The position numbers and the translations under genes were made by a program. From Gammaproteobacteria bacterium (GTDB lineage Bacteria; Pseudomonadota; Gammaproteobacteria; G965277405): DNA of 64,000 nucleotides. This document shows, piece by piece, positions 1-8,665 of the stretch (position 1 is the first letter of the stretch; each line of letters opens with the position of its first letter). Location: contig OZ255726.1 of the NCBI GenBank assembly GCA_965277405.1, positions 1,888,001 to 1,952,000 of the forward strand. Reading direction: 5' to 3'. The notes beneath the pieces were generated by a model, which saw only the letters and a program-made list of their open reading frames with translations, did no database searches and was not told the DNA's origin.

Positions 1-607
1 CGCCGTTATCGCGGGCTGAACGCCACCATCGGAACGCGGCGTCCTCGCCAAGCGCGGCGATGGTTATACACAGCCACGCGAACCCAGGGCTCGATGTTGC
101 TGGATGTTCTACAACGAGCAACTTGGCAAATTGTGGCTGCGCAAGTTGTGCAAGAGATTGCGGTAGCGCAATATTGTTGTCTGCAAACCATGCCGTATCA
201 TAGTTTAAAGTAACGTAGCCATGGTCAACCGCAGCAAGCGTTGCTGGTAAGTCAAAATTAGCAGAATGGTTGATTGGGGTAACCGCTGTTGGTAATGGCG
301 CCAGTAATTGATGCTTTGTTGCGGTTGCAGCGAGCGCGTTGTCAATTCCATATACAATGTCAGCGATTGGTTGCGCTGCGGTGAGTACCATGGTATTAAC
401 CATCGCCCCAGCGTCGCCTGCTTGGATAACCTCAACGGTGATGTTGTGTTTTTTTTCAAACTCCTCGAGCATCCCTGTTGGCAATGAGAAAGAGTCGTGG
501 GTAAGCAGCCTGATGGATGCTGCAAATGCGGGGGATGCGCTGCCCAACGCTGCCACAATACAAGATATTGTCAGCAAAACTTTAAGCGCACGGAATGATG
601 GTATCAT
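1..607 (-). CDS. thiB: Thiamine ABC transporter substrate-binding protein (TbpA/ThiB), runs off the window edge
   Basis: Manual minus-strand translation from ATG 607: signal peptide, then LLTHDSF...GDAGAMVN...ADIVYGIDN...DHGYVTLNYD...LVVEHPATSSPG, all typical of thiamine-binding proteins. SD AGGAG and a TPP riboswitch lie upstream. Absent from the ORF track because there is no stop in the window. Confidence 0.9.
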   Translation of the reverse strand, partial: MIPSFRALKVLLTISCIVAALGSASPAFAASIRLLTHDSFSLPTGMLEEFEKKHNITVEVIQAGDAGAMVNTMVLTAAQPIADIVYGIDNALAATATKHQLLAPLPTAVTPINHSANFDLPATLAAVDHGYVTLNYDTAWFADNNIALPQSLAQLAQPQFAKLLVVEHPATSSPGFAWLCITIAALGEDAAFRWWRSARDNG

Positions 608-650
608 GAGTACTCCTGATGAATGAACAAAAAAAAATATCAGCAGTACT

Positions 651-720
651 CATCTCCCTTCGCTGGTATTAACCAGTGCAGGTTCGGAGGGTATTTCTCA
701 GCCATATAGCACCCCTGATG
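651..720 (-). promoter_or_regulatory. TPP (THI-box) riboswitch aptamer
   Basis: Minus strand reads CATCAGGGGTGC...GCTGAGAAATACCC..GAACCTG..CTGGTTAATACCAGCGAAGGGAGATG, the canonical TPP motifs, directly upstream of thiB. Confidence 0.93.
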
Positions 721-762
721 TTGGTTTGAGTATATCCTTACAGCAAATAATATCTAGTGCTT

Positions 763-1704
763 ATGCCCCAGTTTCGTTTTCAAATTCCAATGCAAGCTAC
801 TGCTCGACGCATCGACCAGGTTGCAGCGCAATTCTTTCCTGATTTCTCCCGCAGCCACCTCAGCAAATGTATCCGCAATGGCGCGTTGACCGTCGATGGT
901 GAGAATGTCAAAAACAGCCATATTGTCCTTGGTGGGGAGAATGTAGCGTTGGTGGTGGAGGCAAATACGTCGACTACAGTGCAGGCAGAAACCGGTGAAA
1001 TAGACGTAGTGTATCAAGATGAAGCAATTGCCGTTCTCAATAAACCCGCAGGATTGGTGATGCACCCTGGCGCTGGCAATCAAACTGGCACATTGGTTAA
1101 CCGTGTCTTGCACCATTTTCCAGCATTGCATGATGTTACCCGCCATGGCTTAGTCCACCGTTTGGACAAAGATACCACGGGGCTGTTAATAGTTGCACTT
1201 AACAATGCAGCGTATAACAATTTGATTGCACAGCTGGCTTTGCGCAGGGTGTCGCGTCAGTATCTGGCAATAGTTGTTGGGCGGGTGCAGGCTGGGCGGC
1301 GTATCGAAAACACCATTGGTCGCGATGCTAATAATCGGCAACGTATGGCAGTGTTGAGTGACCTTGCTGCGACTTCGCGCGGGAAATATGCGGTAACCGC
1401 AGTAGCACCGCTTGAGTTGTTTGACGGGGCAACATTGCTGCGCTGTACCTTGCATACTGGCAGAACGCATCAAATACGCGTCCATTTGCACCATATTGGT
1501 TTTCCAGTTGTTGGCGACCAAACATATGGTATTAAGCGTAACTGTTTGCGCCATTTACCCAAGGAACTAATAGACTTTCCCCGCCAAGCACTGCATGCAA
1601 CTGAATTGGGGTTGTTACACCCAATAACCCACGCAGCCTGCCAGTGGCAGGTAGCTGTTCCGCAAGATTTTTCGACGTTGCTGGCAAGCTTACGAGATGG
1701 ATAG
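763..1704 (+). CDS. rluD: 23S rRNA pseudouridine synthase RluD
   Basis: N-terminal S4 domain, NKPAGLVMHPG, GLVHRLDKDTTG, TGRTHQIRVH, RQALHA; followed by pgeF. Confidence 0.92.
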   Translation: MPQFRFQIPMQATARRIDQVAAQFFPDFSRSHLSKCIRNGALTVDGENVKNSHIVLGGENVALVVEANTSTTVQAETGEIDVVYQDEAIAVLNKPAGLVMHPGAGNQTGTLVNRVLHHFPALHDVTRHGLVHRLDKDTTGLLIVALNNAAYNNLIAQLALRRVSRQYLAIVVGRVQAGRRIENTIGRDANNRQRMAVLSDLAATSRGKYAVTAVAPLELFDGATLLRCTLHTGRTHQIRVHLHHIGFPVVGDQTYGIKRNCLRHLPKELIDFPRQALHATELGLLHPITHAACQWQVAVPQDFSTLLASLRDG

Positions 1705-1716
1705 GCAGAATTAACT

Positions 1717-2412
1717 ATGGATGTCATTCGCCCGTTGGCAAATGTATTGGTAACTACCCGCAAGCAGGGTGCTGCTAGCGCACCGTATTACCGCGGTAAC
1801 CTTGCTCAACATGTTGGTGACGACGCGCAGGCGGTGGCACAAAATCGTCTAGCTGTGCAACAGCTATTACCTGCAAACACGGCAATTCAATGGATGCAGC
1901 AAGTGCACGGCAGCGATGTGGTGGCAATAGCTAGCGTGAGCAGCGGTATTGTTGCCGATGGGGTGTGGACGACCCAGCGCAATATTGCCCTCGCAGTGAT
2001 GACAGCAGATTGTGTGCCTGTTGTGTTGCACAGCAACGAGGCAATTGCGGTATTGCATTGTGGCTGGCGCAGTATTGCAGGTGGGATTATTAGCAAAGCA
2101 TTGCAACAGTTACAGCGGTATACAACATTTAAGGCGTGGATCGGCCCTGCAATTTGCCAGTGCTGCTATCAAGTAGATGCTCCCGTGCGCGACGCAATGT
2201 TAGCGCTCGATGCCAGCAATGAGCAATATTGTGTTGCCGATGGCAGCCAGCACTGGAAAATTGATTTACCAGCGCTAGTGGCATCCCAGTTAGCAGGGTA
2301 CGCAGTGGCAGTAACCCAATCTGGATTTTGCACATACCATCAACCAGAGCTGTGGTTTTCGCATCGTCACAGTCGACAATGTGGGCGGTTTGCAACGATG
2401 GTGTGGCGATGA
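1717..2412 (+). CDS. pgeF: PgeF/YfiH laccase-domain (purine nucleoside phosphorylase) protein
   Basis: NLAQHVGDD, QVHG, TADCVPV, HCGWR, IGPAI motifs; conserved position after rluD. Confidence 0.9.
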   Translation: MDVIRPLANVLVTTRKQGAASAPYYRGNLAQHVGDDAQAVAQNRLAVQQLLPANTAIQWMQQVHGSDVVAIASVSSGIVADGVWTTQRNIALAVMTADCVPVVLHSNEAIAVLHCGWRSIAGGIISKALQQLQRYTTFKAWIGPAICQCCYQVDAPVRDAMLALDASNEQYCVADGSQHWKIDLPALVASQLAGYAVAVTQSGFCTYHQPELWFSHRHSRQCGRFATMVWR

Positions 2413-3542
2413 ATATTGGCATGATTGCTGGTGAAATTTCTGCTGACATATTGGGGGCTGGGTTAATTCAACAACTCCAGCATCAATCCAACAATAGTTG
2501 TACGTTTGTTGGTGTGGGTGGCGAGCAAATGGTGCAACAAGGGCTTGAGTGTCTGGTGCCAATGCAGGAGCTAACCACATTCGGCATTGTTGAGGCTATG
2601 CAACATTTACCACGATTATTGCGGATACAAAAAAGCCTGAAGCATACGTTACTCGAACGCAAACTCGATGTGTTTATCGGCATTGACTTGCCTGATTTTA
2701 ACATTGGCATCGAGCGCTATTTAAAAAAAAATGGTATTTGTGTCGTGCATTATGTCAGCCCAACGGTGTGGGCATGGCGGCAACAGCGTGTCCATCAGTT
2801 TGGTAAAGCCTGTAACCTGATGCTATGCATGTATCCGTTTGAACCTGAAATCTACCAACGCTTTGGCTATACCGCAACTTTTGTTGGGCATCCACTTGCC
2901 GATGCTATTCCTCCACAGCGTGATCAAGCGCAGGCCAAGGCTAATCTCCAACTCCAGGCGGGGACGGTTATCGCCTTGCTCGCAGGTTCGCGTAGCAGTG
3001 AAGTCAACAATGTATTCGATGCGTTCTACGCAGGCACGCAACAATTCTTAGCTACGCAAACCTCAGCGCAAATTGTCATCGCAGCAGCAACTCAACAGCT
3101 TGCTACGTTGATGCAGCAGCAGATACAGCCAGTAAATAGCAATACTAAAATTGTTGTTGGCAAGACCAGGCAGGTTCTTGCAGCAGCAGATATTGCCTTG
3201 GTGTGTTCTGGTACGGCAACGCTTGAAGCGTGTTTGCTCAAAGTGCCGATGGTTGTTGGCTATAAAATGCATTGGGCATCATATTTGGTGTTAAAAATGC
3301 TGGTGCGCACCACATGGGTTGCCCAGCCAAACTGGCTCGCTGATGAATGTATTGCCCCAGAATTGTTGCAAAGTGCACTCAACTCTGCAGCAATTTGCCA
3401 GCGGTTGACAGAGGTGTTTGCGCGCAACCAGACAGAAAAAAACTATTACCAAACAGCGTGCACGAATATTTATACCAAGTTACGCCAAGGTGCATCGACG
3501 CTAGCGGCGCGTGCGGTGCTGGAGCATTCGCAGCAGCAATAA
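2409..3542 (+). CDS. lpxB: Lipid A disaccharide synthase
   Basis: AGEISADILGA, GIDLPDFN, HYVSPTVWAWR, FVGHPLAD, GSRSSE, SGTATLE; ATG 2409 overlaps the pgeF stop (ATGA). Confidence 0.93.
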   Translation: MNIGMIAGEISADILGAGLIQQLQHQSNNSCTFVGVGGEQMVQQGLECLVPMQELTTFGIVEAMQHLPRLLRIQKSLKHTLLERKLDVFIGIDLPDFNIGIERYLKKNGICVVHYVSPTVWAWRQQRVHQFGKACNLMLCMYPFEPEIYQRFGYTATFVGHPLADAIPPQRDQAQAKANLQLQAGTVIALLAGSRSSEVNNVFDAFYAGTQQFLATQTSAQIVIAAATQQLATLMQQQIQPVNSNTKIVVGKTRQVLAAADIALVCSGTATLEACLLKVPMVVGYKMHWASYLVLKMLVRTTWVAQPNWLADECIAPELLQSALNSAAICQRLTEVFARNQTEKNYYQTACTNIYTKLRQGASTLAARAVLEHSQQQ

Positions 3543-3552
3543 TAGCCGTTAA

Positions 3553-3648
3553 GGCAGCTCTGATTAAGTCCATGACGGGGGAGACGGAGCAAAAACGCTG
3601 ATGATAACTTAAGCGCATGCGTAGCTAACATTGGTGGGTATTATCAAT
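3553..3648 (-). mobile_element. Partial MITE copy (right end only)
   Basis: TTAA then GGCAGCTCTGATTAAGTCCATGACGGGGGAGACGGAGCAAAAACGCTGATGATAAC, matching the reverse complement of the right end of the 24141-24427 copy. Confidence 0.8.
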
Positions 3649-3682
3649 TGACCAGCCGTTACAGACAAGGCGTAGCAAATGG

Positions 3683-4564
3683 CTAGATATGCGTGATGTA
3701 TTGGGAAAATAGTTGGTAGTCTAGCAGCCAGTCTGGGCCAAAGTAGATACATAGCCATGCGGGAATGAGCAAAAATGGGCCAAACGGCATTGGATCGTGC
3801 AGGTTGCGCATCCGTAATGTTGCAGTAAGCAGGTTAAACAATAACCCTGTAACACTGCCAACAAATATAATGGTTATTAACGAATCATAGCCAGCCCAAG
3901 CACCAAGCGCTGCGAGCAGTTTAATATCTCCCATTCCAAGTGCTTCACGGTGCAACACGGCTTTGCTAGCAATGTAGAGCACATAGAAAAAACCATATCC
4001 AGCGATGCAGCCGATAAACGCCTCATAAAAACGTTGCTGTGTGTAAAAGTGATAGATGAGACCACTCCACAATAATGCATACACCAACACATCAGGTAAT
4101 ATCTGGTGCTTGCCGTCAATGAGCAGTAGGCTGAACATCAGCATTGATGCGGCTATCAGCGCGAATGCATCGAGGCTTATACCAAAGGTATGGACGATGA
4201 GTACACACAGCCAAGCACTGACGATTTCGACGAGTGGGTAAGTTATACTTATTGGTGATTTGCAGGAATGACATTTACCGCATACCGCCAGATAACTGAA
4301 AACAGGTATCAACAGCCACCACGGCAATGACCTTGCGCATGTTGGGCAATGCGAGCGTGGGGTAATTAGATTGAATGGAGGTGGCGGTTGCTCCGTTGGT
4401 AGCTCAAGATACTCTTGTGCCGCTGCAGTCCATGACTGGTTTAGCATGATGGGCAGGCGGTGGGTGAGGCAATTGAGAAAGCTGCCAGCGAGTAAACCAA
4501 ATAACCCTGCCAGCAGTAAATGGATATATGCAGGGTAGAAAGTGATGCTATACAATCCATTCAT
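3683..4564 (-). CDS. pilD: Prepilin peptidase/N-methyltransferase
   Basis: GSFLN, PRSHCPTC...GKCHSC, ILPD, GMGDIKLLAALGAW, PFGPFL. Confidence 0.92.
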   Translation of the reverse strand: MNGLYSITFYPAYIHLLLAGLFGLLAGSFLNCLTHRLPIMLNQSWTAAAQEYLELPTEQPPPPFNLITPRSHCPTCARSLPWWLLIPVFSYLAVCGKCHSCKSPISITYPLVEIVSAWLCVLIVHTFGISLDAFALIAASMLMFSLLLIDGKHQILPDVLVYALLWSGLIYHFYTQQRFYEAFIGCIAGYGFFYVLYIASKAVLHREALGMGDIKLLAALGAWAGYDSLITIIFVGSVTGLLFNLLTATLRMRNLHDPMPFGPFLLIPAWLCIYFGPDWLLDYQLFSQYITHI

Positions 4565-4578
4565 TAATTTGGATTTTG

Positions 4579-4800
4579 CTAGGTAAGACGGTGCAGCGGT
4601 CCGCTAACGTGCAACAGTCCAGTTGTCAGCCCATACACAATCATAATAACCAATAGCGCACAAAGCCCGACCCGCAGATATAGCATGTAGAGTAGTCGCC
4701 GTTGCGATGCGTTGTCTTTGATTAAAAATACCAAGCCTACAGCAAGACTGGCTACGGCTGCAACAAACACAATGACAATCGCCATGCTATACAGATTCAT
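4579..4800 (-). CDS. Twin-transmembrane small protein (DUF2909/HIG1-like)
   Basis: Two hydrophobic helices with SL..GL.FLIKD...L..RVGL pattern. Confidence 0.7.
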   Translation of the reverse strand: MNLYSMAIVIVFVAAVASLAVGLVFLIKDNASQRRLLYMLYLRVGLCALLVIMIVYGLTTGLLHVSGPLHRLT

Positions 4801-6062
4801 GAAATTGGACTGAGTGTTTTTTGGTTGCCAAGATATGGTTGCAGGGCTTTAGGAATAGCAATATCGCCGTTATCAAGACTGTGGTTTTCGATGATTGCCA
4901 GTAGCGCACGCCCAACTGCAACGCCTGAACCGTTGAGAGTATGAATAAGAACATTTTCCCCATTGATTTTAACTCTACTTTGCATTCTTCGCGCTTGAAA
5001 GTCGAGACAGTTACTCACTGAAGAAATTTCTCGATACGTTTGTTGCGATGGTAGCCAGACCTCAAGATCGTATGTTTTTGCCGCAGCAAAGCCAAGGTCA
5101 CCACCACAAAGATTAACAACGCGATACGCCAGTTCAAGTTTTTGTAAAATTCTTTCTGCGTGACTGAGCATTTCTTCGTGAGCTTGCCATGAGTTGCTTG
5201 GTTCGACTAATTGCACCATTTCTACTTTGTCAAATTGGTGTTGGCGAAACATCCCGCGGTTGTCTGTGCCATAGCTGCCAGCTTCGCGGCGAAAGCACGG
5301 AGAGTGAGCAACAAGTTTGAGAGGGAGCTTGGCTGGAGTAGTAATTGTTTCGCGGAGGAAGTTACTCAACGGAATTTCTGCAGTTGGAATTAAACAGGCG
5401 CTATCGTTTTTGCAGAAAAAAATATCTTCGGCAAATTTTGGTAGTTGTCCTGTTCCATATGCCGACTGCGGGCTAACCAGATATGGCACATAACATTCTT
5501 GATAGTTATGCTCGTTGATATGGGTGTCAAGCATCATTGCCGCGAGCGCACGGTGCAGTCGGGCTGCTGGACCACGCAGTATTACAAATCGTGCCCCCGC
5601 AAGCTTGGCAGCAAGGCCAAAGTCAAGTCCAAACTTTTCTCCTAGGTCGACATGGTCTGCTGAAAGAGTGGTATTGACTGCTCCTGTTATCTTCACAACC
5701 TCGTTTTCTGCTGCTGAACTGCCTATTGGCACAGATGCATCTGGGATGTTGGGAATACTGTCGAGTAAGTCTTGGAGTTGCTGTTGTACAATTTCAAATT
5801 GCTGTTGATTGAGTTTAATCTCTGCGTTGATATCTTGCATTGCCGCAATCATTGCTGCGGTATCTGTGTCATTTTTTTTGGCAATGGCGATATCTTTTGC
5901 ACCTTGATTGCGTTGTGCTTGCAGGCGTTGTAGCTGTTGTTGTGATTCGCATCGTTGCTGTTCGATTGCTTGGTATTGATGCTCTTCAATGATGAAGTGT
6001 TTTTTTTTCAGTGCGGTCTGCACGGTTGAAAATTCGTGGCGTAGGCGCGTAGAGTCAATCAT
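4797..6062 (-). CDS. serS: Serine--tRNA ligase
   Basis: IPNIP, GTGQLPKF, LIPTAEIP, FRREAGSYG, RQHQFDKVE, YREISSVSNC, HTLNGSG; start set at MIDS (6062). Confidence 0.96.
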   Translation of the reverse strand: MIDSTRLRHEFSTVQTALKKKHFIIEEHQYQAIEQQRCESQQQLQRLQAQRNQGAKDIAIAKKNDTDTAAMIAAMQDINAEIKLNQQQFEIVQQQLQDLLDSIPNIPDASVPIGSSAAENEVVKITGAVNTTLSADHVDLGEKFGLDFGLAAKLAGARFVILRGPAARLHRALAAMMLDTHINEHNYQECYVPYLVSPQSAYGTGQLPKFAEDIFFCKNDSACLIPTAEIPLSNFLRETITTPAKLPLKLVAHSPCFRREAGSYGTDNRGMFRQHQFDKVEMVQLVEPSNSWQAHEEMLSHAERILQKLELAYRVVNLCGGDLGFAAAKTYDLEVWLPSQQTYREISSVSNCLDFQARRMQSRVKINGENVLIHTLNGSGVAVGRALLAIIENHSLDNGDIAIPKALQPYLGNQKTLSPIS

Positions 6063-6430
6063 ATTCGTAGAGTAGATATTAATAAAAAACCAAGGGCACA
6101 ACCAGCTACGCAGGTAGTGATAGATCCAAAAGCATAGGTTATTGCACCAAGCATGTTGGTTTCAAACATGCGGAACACTTCTAGCGAAACAGTCGAGAAT
6201 GAAGTGAATGATCCAAGCAGACCGATTTGCAGAAAATGCCGCGTTGATTCAATCATTTGGAATTGTTTGAGCAGAGCAAAAAAAACACCAATACACAACG
6301 ATCCCAGCACGTTGCAAAGCAGTGTGCCCCAATTGAATGTATTTGCTAGAGTGGCAAATTGCATGCTTATCTGCCAGCGCATGATAGCACCAATGGCGCC
6401 GCCAATTGCTACTGAGATAAGTGCGAGCAT
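6059..6430 (-). CDS. crcB: Fluoride channel Fluc/CrcB
   Basis: GGAIGAIMR, GTLLCN..GS, GLLGSFTSFST; adjacent to serS. Confidence 0.9.
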   Translation of the reverse strand: MLALISVAIGGAIGAIMRWQISMQFATLANTFNWGTLLCNVLGSLCIGVFFALLKQFQMIESTRHFLQIGLLGSFTSFSTVSLEVFRMFETNMLGAITYAFGSITTCVAGCALGFLLISTLRI

Positions 6431-6434
6431 AGTT

Positions 6435-7430
6435 TTATTCTCGTTGCGATAAATATTCGACAAGCGGATAAACGGCACCAGCAAGCCAACCTATGAAACT
6501 TTTTTCTTTGCGTTTTACAATAAGCGCTGCATTGATACGTGCCAATGTCTTGTTAATGAATTGCTCTTCTTTTGGGGTAGTATTAATATCCAATTGTTGG
6601 CTGAAATGCTCTGCAAACAGCCGAGCAGTCTCAGCACGAGTTATCCGTGCGGCAGTTAGATCTGCAAACGCTGTTGATTTCTCACTGACAAATTTCTTGT
6701 TTTCATACACCTCAATTTTTTTTAGATACCCAGAAGAATAATAGGTTCGTTGTGCCCCATCAAGTTTGTTGTTGGAGTAATGAAAAACATCAACAAGTCG
6801 CCCGTCGCTGTGAAAGTTGAAGGTAATTCCATTTTTTTTGCCATCAACATATTTGGAGGCTGATCGGAGTTTCCCAGAAATGAAATATTCGACACGGGCA
6901 CCGTTATGTACCCCGTTTACTGACTGGATATGGCGTTGGAGGTTGCCATTGGTGAAGTAATGAAACACGTCGCCATGCAGCACATTGTCAACGTAGCTCA
7001 TTGTCGCGCTTAATGTACCGCTTAGATAATAGAATTTTTTTTCACCCGAGAGCATGCCGTTAACATACATTGCTTTGACTTGGATCGAACCATTTGGAAA
7101 ATACGTTTGGAATGGACCATGCGGCACATTCCCCACCATTTGCATTTCTGAAAGCAACTTGCCCTCAGCATACCGCAACATAATTCGGGCATCTGGTCGA
7201 TTTGGTTTGAGTTGAGGGACTGTCTCTTTGTCGTTAAACGCATCGCGCATATCGAGCAATTGCTGTTGAAAAAAAGCTAGTGGATTATCAAAAAAATTAA
7301 GCGATGCAGCGGTGTCCATTGGCGTGGTCTGCGCAGCATCAGCTAATAATGGCAGCGGGGAGCAGTAGGCTAATGCGCATAAAGCTCGAAAAAAAAGAGT
7401 ACGGTGTAACGCGTTGAATGTGATGGTCAT
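6435..7430 (-). CDS. MORN-variant repeat protein (YwqK-like), probably exported
   Basis: Repeated Y(Y/F)xxGxL...YxxGxxxG units; N-terminal signal-like segment. Confidence 0.7.
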   Translation of the reverse strand: MTITFNALHRTLFFRALCALAYCSPLPLLADAAQTTPMDTAASLNFFDNPLAFFQQQLLDMRDAFNDKETVPQLKPNRPDARIMLRYAEGKLLSEMQMVGNVPHGPFQTYFPNGSIQVKAMYVNGMLSGEKKFYYLSGTLSATMSYVDNVLHGDVFHYFTNGNLQRHIQSVNGVHNGARVEYFISGKLRSASKYVDGKKNGITFNFHSDGRLVDVFHYSNNKLDGAQRTYYSSGYLKKIEVYENKKFVSEKSTAFADLTAARITRAETARLFAEHFSQQLDINTTPKEEQFINKTLARINAALIVKRKEKSFIGWLAGAVYPLVEYLSQRE

Positions 7431-8665
7431 TGGCTTTGCGAGCTAATATATTGCAGCCAAAAAGTTGCTATCCATGCAATTATATCGCGCCCAAGTGCTG
7501 CTTTTTTCTTTGGCCCGAAGGTTTGTTGTGGTTGTGCGTGGTGTATTGTAGCGCGGGTATAGGCAGTTACAGTATGTTCTACGTCACCAAAACCGCAGTT
7601 TTTGCCAACCATATTTGCAAAGATAATATCAAGTTTTTTGTGTGCGAGTTTCTCTTTAGCGTGTTGCTCTACCTGTTCTGTCTCAGCTGCGAATCCAATG
7701 AATAGCTGTTGTTTGCTGTTACGCAGACTTGCACTTAGGGCAATATCGGCGGTTTTCACTAGCTGCAGGGTTATTGTGTCAGCGTCTTTTTTTATTTTTT
7801 GCTGTAGTTCTTTTGCTGGTTTATAGTTTGCAACCGCAGCACAAAAAATCATAATATCCTGTTGCGGCTGCGCTCGTTGGACAGCCGCATTCATTGCTGC
7901 AGCACTGGTAACATCATACCATTGCGTAAGGCTAGTTGGTTTGCTGATATGGACAGGACCAGAAATCAATGTCACCGCAGCGCCGGCATCAATTGCAGCC
8001 TGGGCAAGGCTATAGCCCATAAGTCCAGTGCTGGTATTGCTGATGTATCGAACTGGGTCAAGCGCCTCATGGGTTGGTCCTGCGGTAATGAGTATCCGCA
8101 CTCCAGCGAGCACTGGCGGTGCAGCAAATTGTTGCAAGCGTTTGATGATTGCCATTGGTTCACACATTCTGCCTGCGCCGAGCTCTCCACAGGCGAGCGT
8201 GCCGTCTTCACCAAACCAAACATGCACGCCGCGTTGGCTGAGGATTGCTATGTTTGCTTGGGTGGCAGGGTGGTTCAGCATCGCGGTGTTCATCGCTGGG
8301 GCGATAATAATGGGAGCACGAGTAACCAATGCTAACGTGCTAATCAGCGTAGCGGACTTACCAATGGCTAGATCGGCAATGGTGTCTGCACTGGCAGGAG
8401 CAATGAGGAGGATATCAGCCCATCGCGCCAGGCTGATATGGTCCATCGCAGCTGCGCTTTGCGCAGCAAACATATCTGTGTGCACAGGGTTTTCAGACAA
8501 TGCTTGCAATGTTAGTGGGGTAACAAATTCCTGTGCAGCAGCGCTGAGACAGACCCGCACGTTGGCTGTTGCTTTGCGTAATTCACGGACGAGTTCACAG
8601 GTTTTGTATGCGGCAATACTCCCAGTAATAGCAACAATAATGTTTTGCTTATTTAGAGTTGGCAT
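7427..8665 (-). CDS. coaBC: Bifunctional phosphopantothenoylcysteine decarboxylase/ligase
   Basis: TGSIAAYK, HISLARWAD, APAMN, LACGE.G.GRM, TAGPT.E.LDPVRYISN, GFAAET. Confidence 0.95.
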   Translation of the reverse strand: MPTLNKQNIIVAITGSIAAYKTCELVRELRKATANVRVCLSAAAQEFVTPLTLQALSENPVHTDMFAAQSAAAMDHISLARWADILLIAPASADTIADLAIGKSATLISTLALVTRAPIIIAPAMNTAMLNHPATQANIAILSQRGVHVWFGEDGTLACGELGAGRMCEPMAIIKRLQQFAAPPVLAGVRILITAGPTHEALDPVRYISNTSTGLMGYSLAQAAIDAGAAVTLISGPVHISKPTSLTQWYDVTSAAAMNAAVQRAQPQQDIMIFCAAVANYKPAKELQQKIKKDADTITLQLVKTADIALSASLRNSKQQLFIGFAAETEQVEQHAKEKLAHKKLDIIFANMVGKNCGFGDVEHTVTAYTRATIHHAQPQQTFGPKKKAALGRDIIAWIATFWLQYISSQSQ

